DNA from: an uncultured virus (IMG/VR IMGVR_UViG_3300027741_000028)
Taxonomy: Duplodnaviria > Heunggongvirae > Uroviricota > Caudoviricetes
Direction: 5' to 3' (one strand)
Length of the DNA stretch: 64,000 bases
IMG/VR virus record: IMGVR_UViG_3300027741_000028
Below, in pieces: positions 1 through 10,201 of this stretch (positions within the stretch are counted from its first letter, which is position 1; every line of letters starts with the position of its first letter). The notes beneath the pieces are model-generated. The model was not told the origin of the DNA. It ran no database searches and saw nothing but the letters and a program-made list of their open reading frames with translations. The position numbers and the translations under genes are program-made.

Positions 1-336
1 GAGCATACTAAGCCAATTTGTTTCAGATAAATTATCAACTAATCCCTCCGCTGTATCTTCAATGAAGTTAAGAAAACATGAAATAGGAAGGCCACGCTTA
101 GACCTCCCAAAACTAAGAATTGGAGTACTATAGCTGAGCCAATGATTAGAGGCGTAATCGTAAAGGCGCTGAGCGTGTTCAGTATTACTTCCAAAACTTT
201 TGGATACAAAGGCGAATCGGTGTTGTGGTGATTGTTCATCTTCTTTCATGTAACTTTCTTTAAGTCGTTTGATACCCAACTCATCGAACAGTTTGTCCTT
301 CTCTAAATCTATTTTAATACCTAGATACTCTTCCAT
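1..336 (-). CDS. nrdA: Ribonucleotide reductase class I alpha subunit, N-terminal 112 codons (continues past window edge)
   Basis: Manual translation from ATG at 336: MEEYLGIKIDLEKDKLFDELGIKRLKESY...QRLYDYASNHWLSYSTPILSFGRSKRGLPISCFLNFIEDTAEGLVDNLSETNWLSML; has STP..S and PISCF RNR motifs; open to position 1; not in ORF track. Confidence 0.92.
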   Translation of the reverse strand, partial: MEEYLGIKIDLEKDKLFDELGIKRLKESYMKEDEQSPQHRFAFVSKSFGSNTEHAQRLYDYASNHWLSYSTPILSFGRSKRGLPISCFLNFIEDTAEGLVDNLSETNWLSML

Positions 337-351
337 ATTTTTACCTTATTA

Positions 352-999
352 TTATTTTGTTATAAATTCTTTAATCATCGGAAATATTGGTTCAATTGCA
401 TCAGCACAAGCCAATGCAACATCTTGATGTTCTTTCTGTGTACCATTCGCTGACCTGAGTTGTATATAGTGAACCCAAGAACGAAGTGTTCCATTCATAT
501 ACAAACGTGAACCAGTCATACCTTCTGGTAATACTGCTCTCGCCTGTTCTTTAGCAATACCATTTTTTAATGCCCATTCATATGCTTCTGTTATATGGTA
601 AAGTGCTACATCCTGCATTAATGCCCATTTTTGTTGTAATGCCTCATTATCAGTTTCAATACTATTCTGACGATTCTTTGTATCCTGTAATCGACAGTCC
701 CTCAATTCAAATCCTAACTGGGACGCATCAGCATACCGCTGACTAAATTCCTGAAAGGAAAATGAACGATGCCTTAAAATTTGTCTTGCTATATCCCGTG
801 TGGTGTCTATCTCTAAGCAAATGCTCACCATTTCTAATGGTGACCAATGTTGGTTTTTGATAAGATAACGAACCAACTTTTCAGATGTTTCGCTATTATT
901 TTGATTGGCAGGATTTGAGACTCTGGCTGCAAAAGCAACCTGTTCTAATAAATTCTTACCGTCTGTATCCTGTGTGTATGATATCAATTTTACATTCAT
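352..999 (-). CDS. thyX: Flavin-dependent thymidylate synthase
   Basis: RHRSFSFQEFSQRY ThyX motif; start taken at MNVKL (999). Confidence 0.96.
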   Translation of the reverse strand: MNVKLISYTQDTDGKNLLEQVAFAARVSNPANQNNSETSEKLVRYLIKNQHWSPLEMVSICLEIDTTRDIARQILRHRSFSFQEFSQRYADASQLGFELRDCRLQDTKNRQNSIETDNEALQQKWALMQDVALYHITEAYEWALKNGIAKEQARAVLPEGMTGSRLYMNGTLRSWVHYIQLRSANGTQKEHQDVALACADAIEPIFPMIKEFITK

Positions 1000-1001
1000 A
1001 A

Positions 1002-2012
1002 TTAAACCTTTTTCCAATTAATAAATTCCATCTTAGCTCTGAGATTCACAAAGGTATTCTTACTTATGATATCTTGGATTTCATCAGGTAAGAAACCATT
1101 CAATACCATGTCATTAATATCTTTTTCTTCAATATATTCAGGCCAAATAACAACATTATAATGTTCTTCAATGCATTTGTCAATCTGTTTACATATATCT
1201 TTGTTCCGTGGTTCATTATCATATACAAGAACTACTTTAGTTTTGTCAAATAACTTACTGATTGATGACAAATTAGAATCCGCAGTGGCCACAGCGTTCT
1301 CCAAGAACATGGAGTCAATAGGACCTTCCACTACGTAGATAGTCTCTTCCTGATTGATTCGGTCAAGACCAAAGACCTTATTGTTGTCATCAGATAGCTT
1401 GACAGTTATATATCTTAGTTTGGATTCACCGAGAGCCCTACCTTGAAACGCAATCAAGTTTTTATCGGCATCATAGAATGGAATTACAAGTCTCGGATCA
1501 TTCTCTTTGAGACCTTCTTTTTCAATCTGCAAGGATTCCACGAAACCTTTGAAATCTTCTGCAAAGTATAACTCCGAATGAAATCCCTCGGGTATCTTGC
1601 GTGACTCAACATACACTTTAGCATAATGTTCTTTTGGTAAAGACTTGATTGATGGGATGCCCAAAGACCTCTTAAACTTTGGTAATTCAGTTTTAAATTC
1701 CTCAAAGGTCGGTTTGACGTAGTTGTTCGCACTGGCAGAATCCTTATAACGTTCTAATGAATATTCTTTTGACAAGTTTGGATCAACTTTGTCAAGTAGA
1801 TTAAAGAAAGTGGTAGAAACACCACAGTTATGACACATATAGAAATAGTCATTCTTCTTGCGGTAAACATAACCACGGGATTTGGATTTATTTTTTTGTG
1901 AATCGCCACAGAGAGGACACCTGAAGTTGTACAGGTCTTCCTTCTTCTGTGTGAATTTGTTCAGCTTTGGAGAAAGCCTCAGCAAAAAAGTTCTATCAAT
2001 ATAAACGGACAT
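1002..2012 (-). CDS. gp61: DNA primase (T4 gp61-like)
   Basis: CPLCGDS/CHNC zinc ribbon, VEGPIDSMF and DNE/KDIND TOPRIM motifs. Confidence 0.96.
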   Translation of the reverse strand: MSVYIDRTFLLRLSPKLNKFTQKKEDLYNFRCPLCGDSQKNKSKSRGYVYRKKNDYFYMCHNCGVSTTFFNLLDKVDPNLSKEYSLERYKDSASANNYVKPTFEEFKTELPKFKRSLGIPSIKSLPKEHYAKVYVESRKIPEGFHSELYFAEDFKGFVESLQIEKEGLKENDPRLVIPFYDADKNLIAFQGRALGESKLRYITVKLSDDNNKVFGLDRINQEETIYVVEGPIDSMFLENAVATADSNLSSISKLFDKTKVVLVYDNEPRNKDICKQIDKCIEEHYNVVIWPEYIEEKDINDMVLNGFLPDEIQDIISKNTFVNLRAKMEFINWKKV

Positions 2013-2040
2013 AACGAAACCATGTGATTAAAGTTCCGTG

Positions 2041-2069
2041 ATTGTAACAGAACCTTAATATTTTGTCAA
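2041..2069 (-). promoter_or_regulatory. Sigma70-type promoter upstream of primase
   Basis: TTGACA-N17-TACAAT on minus strand. Confidence 0.7.
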
Positions 2070-2076
2070 GTAGAGA

Positions 2077-2382
2077 TTAGGTAAATAATGCCAATATCTT
2101 GTCGGCATGGCCGGCAAAGAAACCTCCAGCGCCAACAACTCCGGCAAATGTCCAAATCAATTTATCTCTTTGAGATTTGATGGCAGATATTTCCTTGGAC
2201 AAGGAGGCATGTTGGGTGCATGATGCATCATACATTTCCTTTAGTTGGTCTTTAATTTCATCACGGGTCTTATCCAGACAATCGTGCATATCTTTGACAT
2301 CAACTTTAAGTTCATCCATCTTTTCGTTGAGATTTTCTACCTTTGTCTCAACGATACCTATTCTCTCTACTGTAGTTGCCAT
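2077..2382 (-). CDS. Coiled-coil protein with C-terminal TM helix (XhlA/holin-like)
   Basis: Heptad-rich N-terminus, hydrophobic C-terminal LIWTFAGVVGAGGFF; in lysis region. Confidence 0.5.
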   Translation of the reverse strand: MATTVERIGIVETKVENLNEKMDELKVDVKDMHDCLDKTRDEIKDQLKEMYDASCTQHASLSKEISAIKSQRDKLIWTFAGVVGAGGFFAGHADKILALFT

Positions 2383-2601
2383 TTATTTCTTCACAGGTAC
2401 TTCTGTGCCTTCTAGTTTTTTGTGGATTTTAATTGTTTTACAATCTTGCTTTGGTTTGCCATCTTTACCCATAACTGGCTTACCGGCTTTGTCAACTTTG
2501 TCATGGCAAACTTGTTTTGTTTCAGAAGCAAATACATGGTTGTTATATGCTGGAAACCAAAGACCTAAAATTAAACAGAAAGACCAAAATGTATTCTTCA
2601 T
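2383..2601 (-). CDS. Small secreted/periplasmic protein
   Basis: Signal-peptide-like N-terminus, two mature Cys, GGAG SD upstream. Confidence 0.55.
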   Translation of the reverse strand: MKNTFWSFCLILGLWFPAYNNHVFASETKQVCHDKVDKAGKPVMGKDGKPKQDCKTIKIHKKLEGTEVPVKK

Positions 2602-2610
2602 AATAACTCC

Positions 2611-3051
2611 TTAAATTTCTGGTTGAGGTGCAGGTGCAGGTGCAGGTTTACCACCGAAGCCTGTTACTACTTGTGACGTTACTGTTGGTTGTACATCGCC
2701 AATAGGTGATGATATACTGCGTGTTGGTGCCGGTGCAGGAGGTGGTGCTGGTGGTGCAGTATATGGACGATTTGCTGATTCTAGAGCTTTTGCTCTTAAA
2801 TCTTTGTCGTTACCAGCCAACATAATACCAGACAATGTACCTGTTAAGAATGTTGCAATAGGAATAATCAACTCAAAGAATTTTGAATCAATTGGACTGA
2901 TAGCATTTAATGGTTGGGTAACAAAGATGATGGAGAATAACACAACAAATACAATACCTGTTAGTGTCAATGCTAAACAGATACCGATAAAAAATTTCAA
3001 ACGAGCCATCAACTGCTCTTCTGTGTACATGAAAGTATTATTATTTTCCAC
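2611..3051 (-). CDS. Two-TM membrane protein with Pro-rich tail (holin candidate)
   Basis: Two hydrophobic helices, PAPPPAPAP tail, downstream of endolysin. Confidence 0.55.
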   Translation of the reverse strand: MENNNTFMYTEEQLMARLKFFIGICLALTLTGIVFVVLFSIIFVTQPLNAISPIDSKFFELIIPIATFLTGTLSGIMLAGNDKDLRAKALESANRPYTAPPAPPPAPAPTRSISSPIGDVQPTVTSQVVTGFGGKPAPAPAPQPEI

Positions 3052-3328
3052 AATTTACTCCTTGTTGGCAAGATATTGATTTTGTTTTTTGTTCTTCTAA
3101 AACATTTTGCGCTTCTTTTGGTGGACCTAATCTTGGGTCTCTCTGACCTTTAAAAATATGTTCTGGACAAGTTCTTGTTACATCACATATTGGAAATTTA
3201 CAAAAGTCTTTATCCCAGTTTGCTGGGTCTTGGCACGGATAACGGAATCTATCTCCAGCACAAAATGCTAATGTTAATGGTAAAACAATTATTGCAAGCG
3301 CTATATACAAAAGTTTTTTGTCCGACAT
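3041..3328 (-). CDS. Cys-rich membrane-anchored small protein
   Basis: N-terminal TM then RYPCQDPANW..C..PIC..TC. Confidence 0.55.
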   Translation of the reverse strand: MSDKKLLYIALAIIVLPLTLAFCAGDRFRYPCQDPANWDKDFCKFPICDVTRTCPEHIFKGQRDPRLGPPKEAQNVLEEQKTKSISCQQGVNCGK

Positions 3329-3330
3329 GA

Positions 3331-3954
3331 TTAAGCTCCCAAAACATCTAATGCGTGTTCATAATGTTTGATTCTATCTTCAAGTCCAATTGTACCACCA
3401 TTGATACGCTTAGTCATGTTTAAAATATCACCTTTGTCTGCCAAAGCATTCAAGTTATTTGTTTCCCAAAACCAGCAAGCTGATTGGGCTGCGCCTTCAA
3501 AAGTAGCAAGATATTCTGATGCTTCTTCTGGAGTAATTTCTAAAGAATCGGCAAATGCAACATAGTTAGATTTACCTGTCAATTGAATCAGTCCACGGCC
3601 ACAATATTTATAGCCATCACCAGATGATTCATCACCATTACCCATACGGCTTGCATAGACACGATTGGCGATAGCTTCTTGTTTATTTGGTTTTGAACAA
3701 TATTCTTCTGCTAGTGCATCTGTTGGGAAATACTTGCCAAACAATTTGCGTAGAGTTGCAGGTTTGTAATTTAGATTTTCCTTGAGTGCTGTAAAGCCAC
3801 CAGATTCATGAGCACATTGAGCTATGAATGCTGCTATTCTTTTTGGTGTATTGATTTCATAATCCGGTAACAATATTGACAAAGCGTGATGCCAATGGTC
3901 AATATATGGATTTTTTGGAAGCAATTCTTTTAGTTGTTGTTTTGTTAGTTCCAT
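3331..3954 (-). CDS. Endolysin, glycoside hydrolase family 19
   Basis: AQCAHESGGF, ENLNY, GRGLIQLTGKSNY, TKRINGG motifs. Confidence 0.93.
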   Translation of the reverse strand: MELTKQQLKELLPKNPYIDHWHHALSILLPDYEINTPKRIAAFIAQCAHESGGFTALKENLNYKPATLRKLFGKYFPTDALAEEYCSKPNKQEAIANRVYASRMGNGDESSGDGYKYCGRGLIQLTGKSNYVAFADSLEITPEEASEYLATFEGAAQSACWFWETNNLNALADKGDILNMTKRINGGTIGLEDRIKHYEHALDVLGA

Positions 3955-4211
3955 TATTTTACACTTTCAAAAATTTGTTTTTGTTTTTGATACCATTCAA
4001 TCCATGCATCATTTTTCACAGCACATTCATAGTATGTACCATAATTATTTGTTATTGTTTTAGTAATATCACTTAACTTAGTGTCATCTTGAACTTTTTG
4101 TAATTGTGGGCAAGGCATCATTACAACAGTACCTGGTGCTTCAGGAAATTTCATTGTAACCGGAACAGTAGTGGAACAACCAACCATTAATAAAAGTGCA
4201 ATATATTTCAT
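3954..4211 (-). CDS. Outer-membrane spanin (Rz1-like lipoprotein)
   Basis: Lipobox LMVG-C, Pro-rich segment, overlaps i-spanin stop. Confidence 0.8.
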   Translation of the reverse strand: MKYIALLLMVGCSTTVPVTMKFPEAPGTVVMMPCPQLQKVQDDTKLSDITKTITNNYGTYYECAVKNDAWIEWYQKQKQIFESVK

Positions 4212-4663
4212 TTTGGTGCCTCAGCTGCATCATTAATTGCTTTGATAAACTCTTTTGGTATTTCACATTCACCACCAGGAGCAAACTTTGTGTCATACTT
4301 AACAATTTCACGGTCAACATATTTAATAATATCTTCACCACGGGTCTTAATCACTTGTGTTTTTGTTACTACCTTTTCTACAATCTTTATATTTTCTTCT
4401 TTTGATTGTACTTCAGCAGCAGCAACTTTATCTTGCATTTCTTTTACTCTTGCTTGCCATGCATTATTATCATATATTGCACCAGACATAAAAGTGCCTA
4501 TTGCAATTGCAATAATTGAAACAAGTTGTATAGGAGTTTTGTAGACATAGACAAATGGAATAAATGACAAAAATCTTACAAAATATGATACGACCAAGCC
4601 GACAACGCCGGCAATTAAGACGGCGTAGAAAATCCAATTAGGTAACCAATGTAATAACCACAT
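4208..4663 (-). CDS. Inner-membrane spanin (Rz-like)
   Basis: N-terminal TM helices, coiled coil, C-terminal C.IP..F motif; next to o-spanin and endolysin. Confidence 0.78.
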   Translation of the reverse strand: MWLLHWLPNWIFYAVLIAGVVGLVVSYFVRFLSFIPFVYVYKTPIQLVSIIAIAIGTFMSGAIYDNNAWQARVKEMQDKVAAAEVQSKEENIKIVEKVVTKTQVIKTRGEDIIKYVDREIVKYDTKFAPGGECEIPKEFIKAINDAAEAPK

Positions 4664-4667
4664 AATT

Positions 4668-5021
4668 TTACATCTTTGGTGGTTTGCGTCTGTAGAATGA
4701 CATTAGTGGGTTTCTTTTCTTAGAGACACCAGGTTCTCCGCCTTTACCACCAGTACCAGCAATATTTCCGCCACCAACATTGTTAACAGGTGCAACACCA
4801 CCAGCACCCATACCATCTTCTTTGACAACTTCTTCTGATGTTGATTTCCAACCACCACCCATTGCTTTATATTTCTTAGAAGCCCAACCATTTGCATATG
4901 CAGATGGATATACAGCAAATTTAGATTTTGCAGCTGATTTTGCTCTAGCCCATTTTTCAGGACTTGTTGGAACATTTTTTTCTTCTAAGTGTTCTTCTCT
5001 AAATTCTTTGAATGATTTCAT
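4668..5021 (-). CDS. Basic protein, probable internal head protein
   Basis: MKSFKEFREE N-terminus; YPSAYANGW..K.YK..GG.W motif. Confidence 0.6.
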   Translation of the reverse strand: MKSFKEFREEHLEEKNVPTSPEKWARAKSAAKSKFAVYPSAYANGWASKKYKAMGGGWKSTSEEVVKEDGMGAGGVAPVNNVGGGNIAGTGGKGGEPGVSKKRNPLMSFYRRKPPKM

Positions 5022-5500
5022 TACTTTGTTCTAACATTAATTGGTGCACCACGGCGTTCTGGATTTGGATCTTCTCTACGTTTTCTTCTAGCAGCTGTAG
5101 CACGACCTTCTTTACCCAGAGATTGTGCTTTTGCTTGTGGAAGACATTTAGGTTTGCCTTCACCAGGATCACGAGCACAATGACCTTTAATATTTCCTTT
5201 GGTATCCATACGAACCCATTTTTGAGCAAACCATTTTCTTAAATCTTCAGCAAGTTCTTTTCTTCTTTGCTCGTTTGATTTAATATTAGGACTGTCTGGG
5301 TTTTTATATTTTGTTTTACGGAATCCTTTTGAATCGTAATTTCCGGATTTCTTTTTAGCTATTGCTGTTGCAGCGGCTATGGCGGCTGCAGCTGATTCTT
5401 TTACACAACTACCTGGAGAATAAGGTTTTTTACCTGGTACAGGTTTGTGACCTGGCCAGCATCTTCCTTGTTCGTCCATAAATTGTTTAAAAGTTTTCAT
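5021..5500 (-). CDS. Basic protein, probable internal head protein
   Basis: MKTFKQFMDE N-terminus; CWPG and LRKWF..KWV motifs. Confidence 0.6.
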   Translation of the reverse strand: MKTFKQFMDEQGRCWPGHKPVPGKKPYSPGSCVKESAAAAIAAATAIAKKKSGNYDSKGFRKTKYKNPDSPNIKSNEQRRKELAEDLRKWFAQKWVRMDTKGNIKGHCARDPGEGKPKCLPQAKAQSLGKEGRATAARRKRREDPNPERRGAPINVRTK

Positions 5501-5883
5501 ATCTTTGCTAATATCTCTGCGACATTTATATCTAAAGGAATTTCCGTTACTAATATATTTTTACCATTTATACCATATACCACTTCTGGCGCAAGGTTCA
5601 AATAAGATAAAAACGTTTTCAGTATATCATAATCACGCTCATCTGTTTTATAGAACAATATTCTTGCAGTTGCTTCCGTCCCAAAAACATTGTTCAATAA
5701 AATGATATGATTTAAGATAAGTCTTTCTTTGATTATTTTGGTGACTTTATATCTACGAAATAACCTTTTCAGGTATTTGGTTCTTTTAATGTCCCCTTCA
5801 AATTCAGACAAAATGCAATGAGGTGATGTATAACACTTAACCGCATACATTAAAAAATTATCTTCATTCAAATCATCAAACAT
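5497..5883 (-). CDS. Conserved T4-like phage hypothetical protein
   Basis: NFLMYA...EF..D.KR.KYLKRL...RLILNHII.L.NVFG pattern typical of T4-like myoviruses. Confidence 0.7.
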   Translation of the reverse strand: MFDDLNEDNFLMYAVKCYTSPHCILSEFEGDIKRTKYLKRLFRRYKVTKIIKERLILNHIILLNNVFGTEATARILFYKTDERDYDILKTFLSYLNLAPEVVYGINGKNILVTEIPLDINVAEILAKI

Positions 5884-5888
5884 ATTAT

Positions 5889-5912
5889 AAAAATGGGCAC
5901 ACTAAGTGCCCA
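5889..5912 (-). terminator. Intrinsic terminator
   Basis: GGGCAC-TTAGT-GTGCCC then ATTTT on minus strand. Confidence 0.55.
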
Positions 5913-5918
5913 CCTGTT

Positions 5919-6554
5919 TTATAGACTGTTATAGTATGTTGCAACGTTACTTGTGTTAGCAGAATAAGCAATTGTAGCACTTGCGTTAGCCAATGCAATC
6001 AACACTTCGGTCTGAACACGGCCTTGACGACCACCAGTACCAGTTACAACGTTTACCCAACCTGTATGTGCTGCAGCTGAACCAGAATTTGCTAGTGCTG
6101 ATGATGAATAAACAGTACTATTTGCAAAAACGGCATTAGCTAAACGAGTTGTAGTAACTAAAACTGTATCTTGATTGTATGTATTTGAACGTTCACTAGA
6201 CTGATATGAAATTGCTTGGTCAAATTGAATTGTTGATCCAGTTAATTGTCCGTTTGCAACAGCACCATAAAAATTGTTAGCAAAGCGAACTTGACCACCA
6301 GCAACGAGATTTACTACGTTGTTAGAGATTAAAAATCCTGCTTCACCACTAATACCAACGTTAGCTGTTGGCGAGTAGAAACTACCAGCAACAATTCCAG
6401 CAGCTGTAACATCAGTTGGATTAAAATATAATGAATTACTGGATGAAGTCTGTGCATTAACTGTCACCATAGATGAAGTTTTCATATGCACTTGTCTTGT
6501 CTTAGACCAGTGTGGTTTGTCGTAAATTGAATCGGTATTACCCCATGATGGCAT
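5919..6554 (-). CDS. Probable virion structural protein
   Basis: MPSWGNTD start, A/N/S/T-rich, HTGWV..TGGR.GRVQTEVL C-terminal motif; CATAAATA late-like promoter upstream. Confidence 0.6.
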   Translation of the reverse strand: MPSWGNTDSIYDKPHWSKTRQVHMKTSSMVTVNAQTSSSNSLYFNPTDVTAAGIVAGSFYSPTANVGISGEAGFLISNNVVNLVAGGQVRFANNFYGAVANGQLTGSTIQFDQAISYQSSERSNTYNQDTVLVTTTRLANAVFANSTVYSSSALANSGSAAAHTGWVNVVTGTGGRQGRVQTEVLIALANASATIAYSANTSNVATYYNSL

Positions 6555-6590
6555 GTTATTCTCCTTTTAACCTTGGGTTATATGTTGTAT

Positions 6591-8036
6591 TTATGTCTCT
6601 TTGTTTTTACCTTTTGGATCAGACCCTGGACGTTTTCTCATCATTGGGTCAATCTCTACTGTATCTCTTTTCTGACCTGTTAAAGTAGTACCGCCTTTTA
6701 GAACGGCTGCAGCATCAGGTCCGTTATCACCAAAACTTGCTTTTGGATCATTTGTTACAACTTTTGGTTTTTTACCATATGTAGCAACTGATTTATCTTC
6801 TTTTTCGTGGTCATAAATTTCTTCTTTTACACCTTGCTTTTTGTAAATGGATTTTATGATTCTTGCAGATTTAGACATTTGAATCAATTTCTTGTTCTTG
6901 TCTTGTGCTGGTAAATCATCACAAGAACAGTCTGCTTCTTGTACTGGTTTTGGAGTCAAAGCACGCTTGACATTCTCTGCGTTTCTTCTTTCTTCTTCTT
7001 CACGCTTCTTCTTGGCAGCTTCTAATGCTTTCTGGAAACGGACCGCAGCAGATTGTGCTTCTACCAATGATTCATCATGTTCAACAGAATCACCCATGTA
7101 ACGACCTTGACCATAACCACGGCGTTCTGCTTCAGTAGGTTCTTTTCCAACTGGTTGTCTCTGAGGACCAGAATTAGCTTTCTTCATTTCTGCTGATGTT
7201 CTATCACTAAGTCTTTTTAAACCAGCATTACGAGCATTCAACTTTGTTCTTGCTGCTTTGTCCTGACCCATACTAGACATTACTTTAACAGCAGCATCTT
7301 GTCTACTCTTTACGGCAGCTGCATGATATCCAGTAGTTGTTATTTCATCAATAGATTCAACCTCTTCATTTTTACTCATCAAATAAGAACCAACAGTATT
7401 GATATAATCAGCAGCCAAAGTTACTTTGGATTGTACCCATGCTGGTAATTGTTTTTCATAATCTTTACCAATATAATCACGGATCATTTTTGAACAACGG
7501 TCAATATCATCCAATTGATTTAGAATCATACTACCTTCATCATCCAACATTTTACCCATAGCAATAGCAATATGATTCTCTGATATTAGAGGCATAACTT
7601 CTTCATGGATTTTAGAAATGTAATTATAGTCTTTCATTGTCAACATACCTTTATTACGGATGTTAATCAATTTCTCTACAACACGGTGTAAATCCATATC
7701 TGTTTTAATATCCTCACGAGCCAATTCTAAAACACGAATCAACAATGGAATATCTAATGTGACAGTATCTTTTTTGTCAACTTTTTCTTGCAATGTATCT
7801 TCCATCATTCTGCTTTTTTTCCAAAGAATGAAAGCACCTGTTTTAGAATGAGCAACTTTTTGGTCTTTTGTAGCGTGTTGAGGATTAATTCCTCTGGACA
7901 AAAGATATTTGTCTAACGCAGCATCCTCAGACATATTGGTTTTTGCAGACCAAGGGTCACTTGGATTTGTGCCATATGTTGCCTGAGGTGCAGTACCTTT
8001 GACTATTGATTTTAGTTTCTGTGCTCTTGCTGTCAT
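6591..8036 (-). CDS. Charged multi-module protein, probable internal head protein
   Basis: K/E-rich; DIPLLIRVLE and LPAWVQSKVTLA modules separated by (I/L/V)xE sites. Confidence 0.6.
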   Translation of the reverse strand: MTARAQKLKSIVKGTAPQATYGTNPSDPWSAKTNMSEDAALDKYLLSRGINPQHATKDQKVAHSKTGAFILWKKSRMMEDTLQEKVDKKDTVTLDIPLLIRVLELAREDIKTDMDLHRVVEKLINIRNKGMLTMKDYNYISKIHEEVMPLISENHIAIAMGKMLDDEGSMILNQLDDIDRCSKMIRDYIGKDYEKQLPAWVQSKVTLAADYINTVGSYLMSKNEEVESIDEITTTGYHAAAVKSRQDAAVKVMSSMGQDKAARTKLNARNAGLKRLSDRTSAEMKKANSGPQRQPVGKEPTEAERRGYGQGRYMGDSVEHDESLVEAQSAAVRFQKALEAAKKKREEEERRNAENVKRALTPKPVQEADCSCDDLPAQDKNKKLIQMSKSARIIKSIYKKQGVKEEIYDHEKEDKSVATYGKKPKVVTNDPKASFGDNGPDAAAVLKGGTTLTGQKRDTVEIDPMMRKRPGSDPKGKNKET

Positions 8037-8045
8037 GGTTTTACC

Positions 8046-9701
8046 TTATTCGGATGTGCCTGTTTTTCCAAGCATTTCATTCTTCATTCTTTTCATGGTC
8101 TTTGCAGCAAGTTCTTTTGCATTGTTCAAAGGTTTATTTTCACCATCAGTAATGAATGGTTCATCCATTTGACTTGTTGGACCTTTAGATTCTGATACAA
8201 CACTTTCATTGGCCTTCATATTCTTCAATCCCATAACATGTAATTTGCTGCCTTGCAATCCGCCTGCAGTCTTTTGAGTGTAGGTTTTACCAGAGTGTCC
8301 AGTTACTGATGCATGAGTTGTAACCTTGAATGCACCAGATTTTCTTGCTGATTTTACTTCTTTGGCCAATTGGTCACGAGACTTTTGATTGACTTCACGG
8401 TACGGAGCAGAATGTTTGCTGTGCAATGGACCACGGTCTCTGTCGGCATCTTGACGATACACATGAACAACTTCATCGACTTGTTCTTCTTCTTTGACTG
8501 GTTTCTGACCAGTTTGTGGTACACCCATCTTGCGTTGTAGGTCTTTGCGTTGGTCCTCATCAGAACCACCTGTCAATGCCTTGAATGCTTTCTTAGCAGC
8601 ATTTTTTAACATACCTTCTTCAACATATTCTTCATTTTTCTTTGCATAGTAAGCAGCAAGAGCTTGTTTCTTGCGTTCAGCCTTAGATTTACCAGCAAAC
8701 TTAGGATTATCTGAATGAACAAAATCGTGAATGTAATCATAAGCAGATGCATCTTTAGAAAGAACTTCATTAATCATTTCATTAAGGATAGGTTCTTCGT
8801 AATTTTCTCTCATCTTTTTAAGTGTCATAGGACCTGGATGATATTTAACTTTAGTACTTCTACCATCTGAACCTGGTCCAACATCGTCTTTTTGTTTGGT
8901 CTTTACACGACCAGCAGGAGTATCTTCTGTTCTATCAGAAGGATCAATTTCTTCTGGTAGATTTGGTTTAGAATGAGTACCTTGAGCAGATTTTAATCTA
9001 TTCTTCAAAATATTTTGTGAAGTTGAGTTAAGAGGTTTATTAGCAAAACGAGGATGGTCAGTAGTTATCTTTAGACGGCGCATCGGATCATTGCTCTTAT
9101 GTGTAGTTTGGTTAAGCATATTTTGTGTGCCACCAAACTTCTCGTCAACATATTCTTCATTCTTTTCTTTTGGTTCTTCTTGTTCTGGTTTTTCTTTTTG
9201 TTTAGAACCACCGTAACGAGTACCTTTCTTTACACCTGAACCACCATTAGGTTCTGGTTGACGAGGACTCTTATAGTCAAAAGCATTTTCTTCAACTGAT
9301 TCAACTTCTTCATTGGCTGCTCTGCGTGCTTGATTTTTAGCATGACCTGCAGTTCCAGGAGTTAAATAAGCTTTTGCTTTATTCATACCAGCGATACGCT
9401 TCTTATCACGCTCATTAGCATTAACTCTTTGTGCAGTATCAGGAGCTGATTTATTAACTTTGTTATGTTCTCTGTCTTTTCTTGCGGCATCTATATAGTT
9501 GCCTAAAGTCTTATCACTAATCTCATCAATCTGTTCAACATCCTCAGTTGCCTTCTTTTGACCTCTTAACATTTTAAAGTCTTGGCTATCAAGTTTACCA
9601 TTATGGTTCTTGTCCAATTTCTTTTGATTACCAACTAATTCTTTTTCCATAATGCCTCTAACTGCATCAGCAATCGCATCGTTTTTCTTTAAGTTTATCA
9701 T
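8046..9701 (-). CDS. Charged low-complexity protein, probable internal head protein
   Basis: LDKNHNGKLD..DF, IDEISDKTLGNY and HDFVHSDNPKFAGKS modules; many VxE/IxE sites. Confidence 0.6.
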   Translation of the reverse strand: MINLKKNDAIADAVRGIMEKELVGNQKKLDKNHNGKLDSQDFKMLRGQKKATEDVEQIDEISDKTLGNYIDAARKDREHNKVNKSAPDTAQRVNANERDKKRIAGMNKAKAYLTPGTAGHAKNQARRAANEEVESVEENAFDYKSPRQPEPNGGSGVKKGTRYGGSKQKEKPEQEEPKEKNEEYVDEKFGGTQNMLNQTTHKSNDPMRRLKITTDHPRFANKPLNSTSQNILKNRLKSAQGTHSKPNLPEEIDPSDRTEDTPAGRVKTKQKDDVGPGSDGRSTKVKYHPGPMTLKKMRENYEEPILNEMINEVLSKDASAYDYIHDFVHSDNPKFAGKSKAERKKQALAAYYAKKNEEYVEEGMLKNAAKKAFKALTGGSDEDQRKDLQRKMGVPQTGQKPVKEEEQVDEVVHVYRQDADRDRGPLHSKHSAPYREVNQKSRDQLAKEVKSARKSGAFKVTTHASVTGHSGKTYTQKTAGGLQGSKLHVMGLKNMKANESVVSESKGPTSQMDEPFITDGENKPLNNAKELAAKTMKRMKNEMLGKTGTSE

Positions 9702-9715
9702 TGTTGTTCTCCGTT

Positions 9716-10201
9716 TTAACAATTCCATTTACGCAAAGATTTATTGATTCTAGAATCAGGATCATGTGCGGTCTTAGCAGACGTTAATCTCTTTTTCATA
9801 CCAGACATTCTGGCACAAAATGATTTTCTTCTATTTGCAGCTTTACTTCCTGCTTTTAACTTAGATGGCTTTGTTGTAACAGCCATTGAAAGTTTAGAAC
9901 CTGGATGTTCACTACGATATGAAGCAATACCTTTTCTATTTAAGCCACCTTTTGGATCTTTTCCAGCAGAACGTTGCCATGCTGGTGTAGATTCTTTAAT
10001 GTTTTTTGCAGCTAATTCAAAACCTTTTCCTTTAGCATCTGCTGCACCACCAAAACTACCAACGGATTTTTCTCTATCTGCCTGGTCTTGGTATTCTTTA
10101 GCTTTATCTTTTAAATGCTTTTTCTGACGCTTAATTTCTTCAGCATCTTGGCGCATAGTATGTACATCAACTTCATTTAAATATTGTTTGAAAGATTTCA
10201 T
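9716..10201 (-). CDS. Basic protein, probable internal head protein
   Basis: MKSFKQYLNE N-terminus; GGLNRKG...RRKSFCARM...SLRKWNC motif. Confidence 0.65.
   Translation of the reverse strand: MKSFKQYLNEVDVHTMRQDAEEIKRQKKHLKDKAKEYQDQADREKSVGSFGGAADAKGKGFELAAKNIKESTPAWQRSAGKDPKGGLNRKGIASYRSEHPGSKLSMAVTTKPSKLKAGSKAANRRKSFCARMSGMKKRLTSAKTAHDPDSRINKSLRKWNC

Noticed and set aside
39..239. 66-aa hydrophobic ORF in the track
   Set aside because: Out-of-frame shadow of nrdA (336 to <1), which carries clear RNR motifs.
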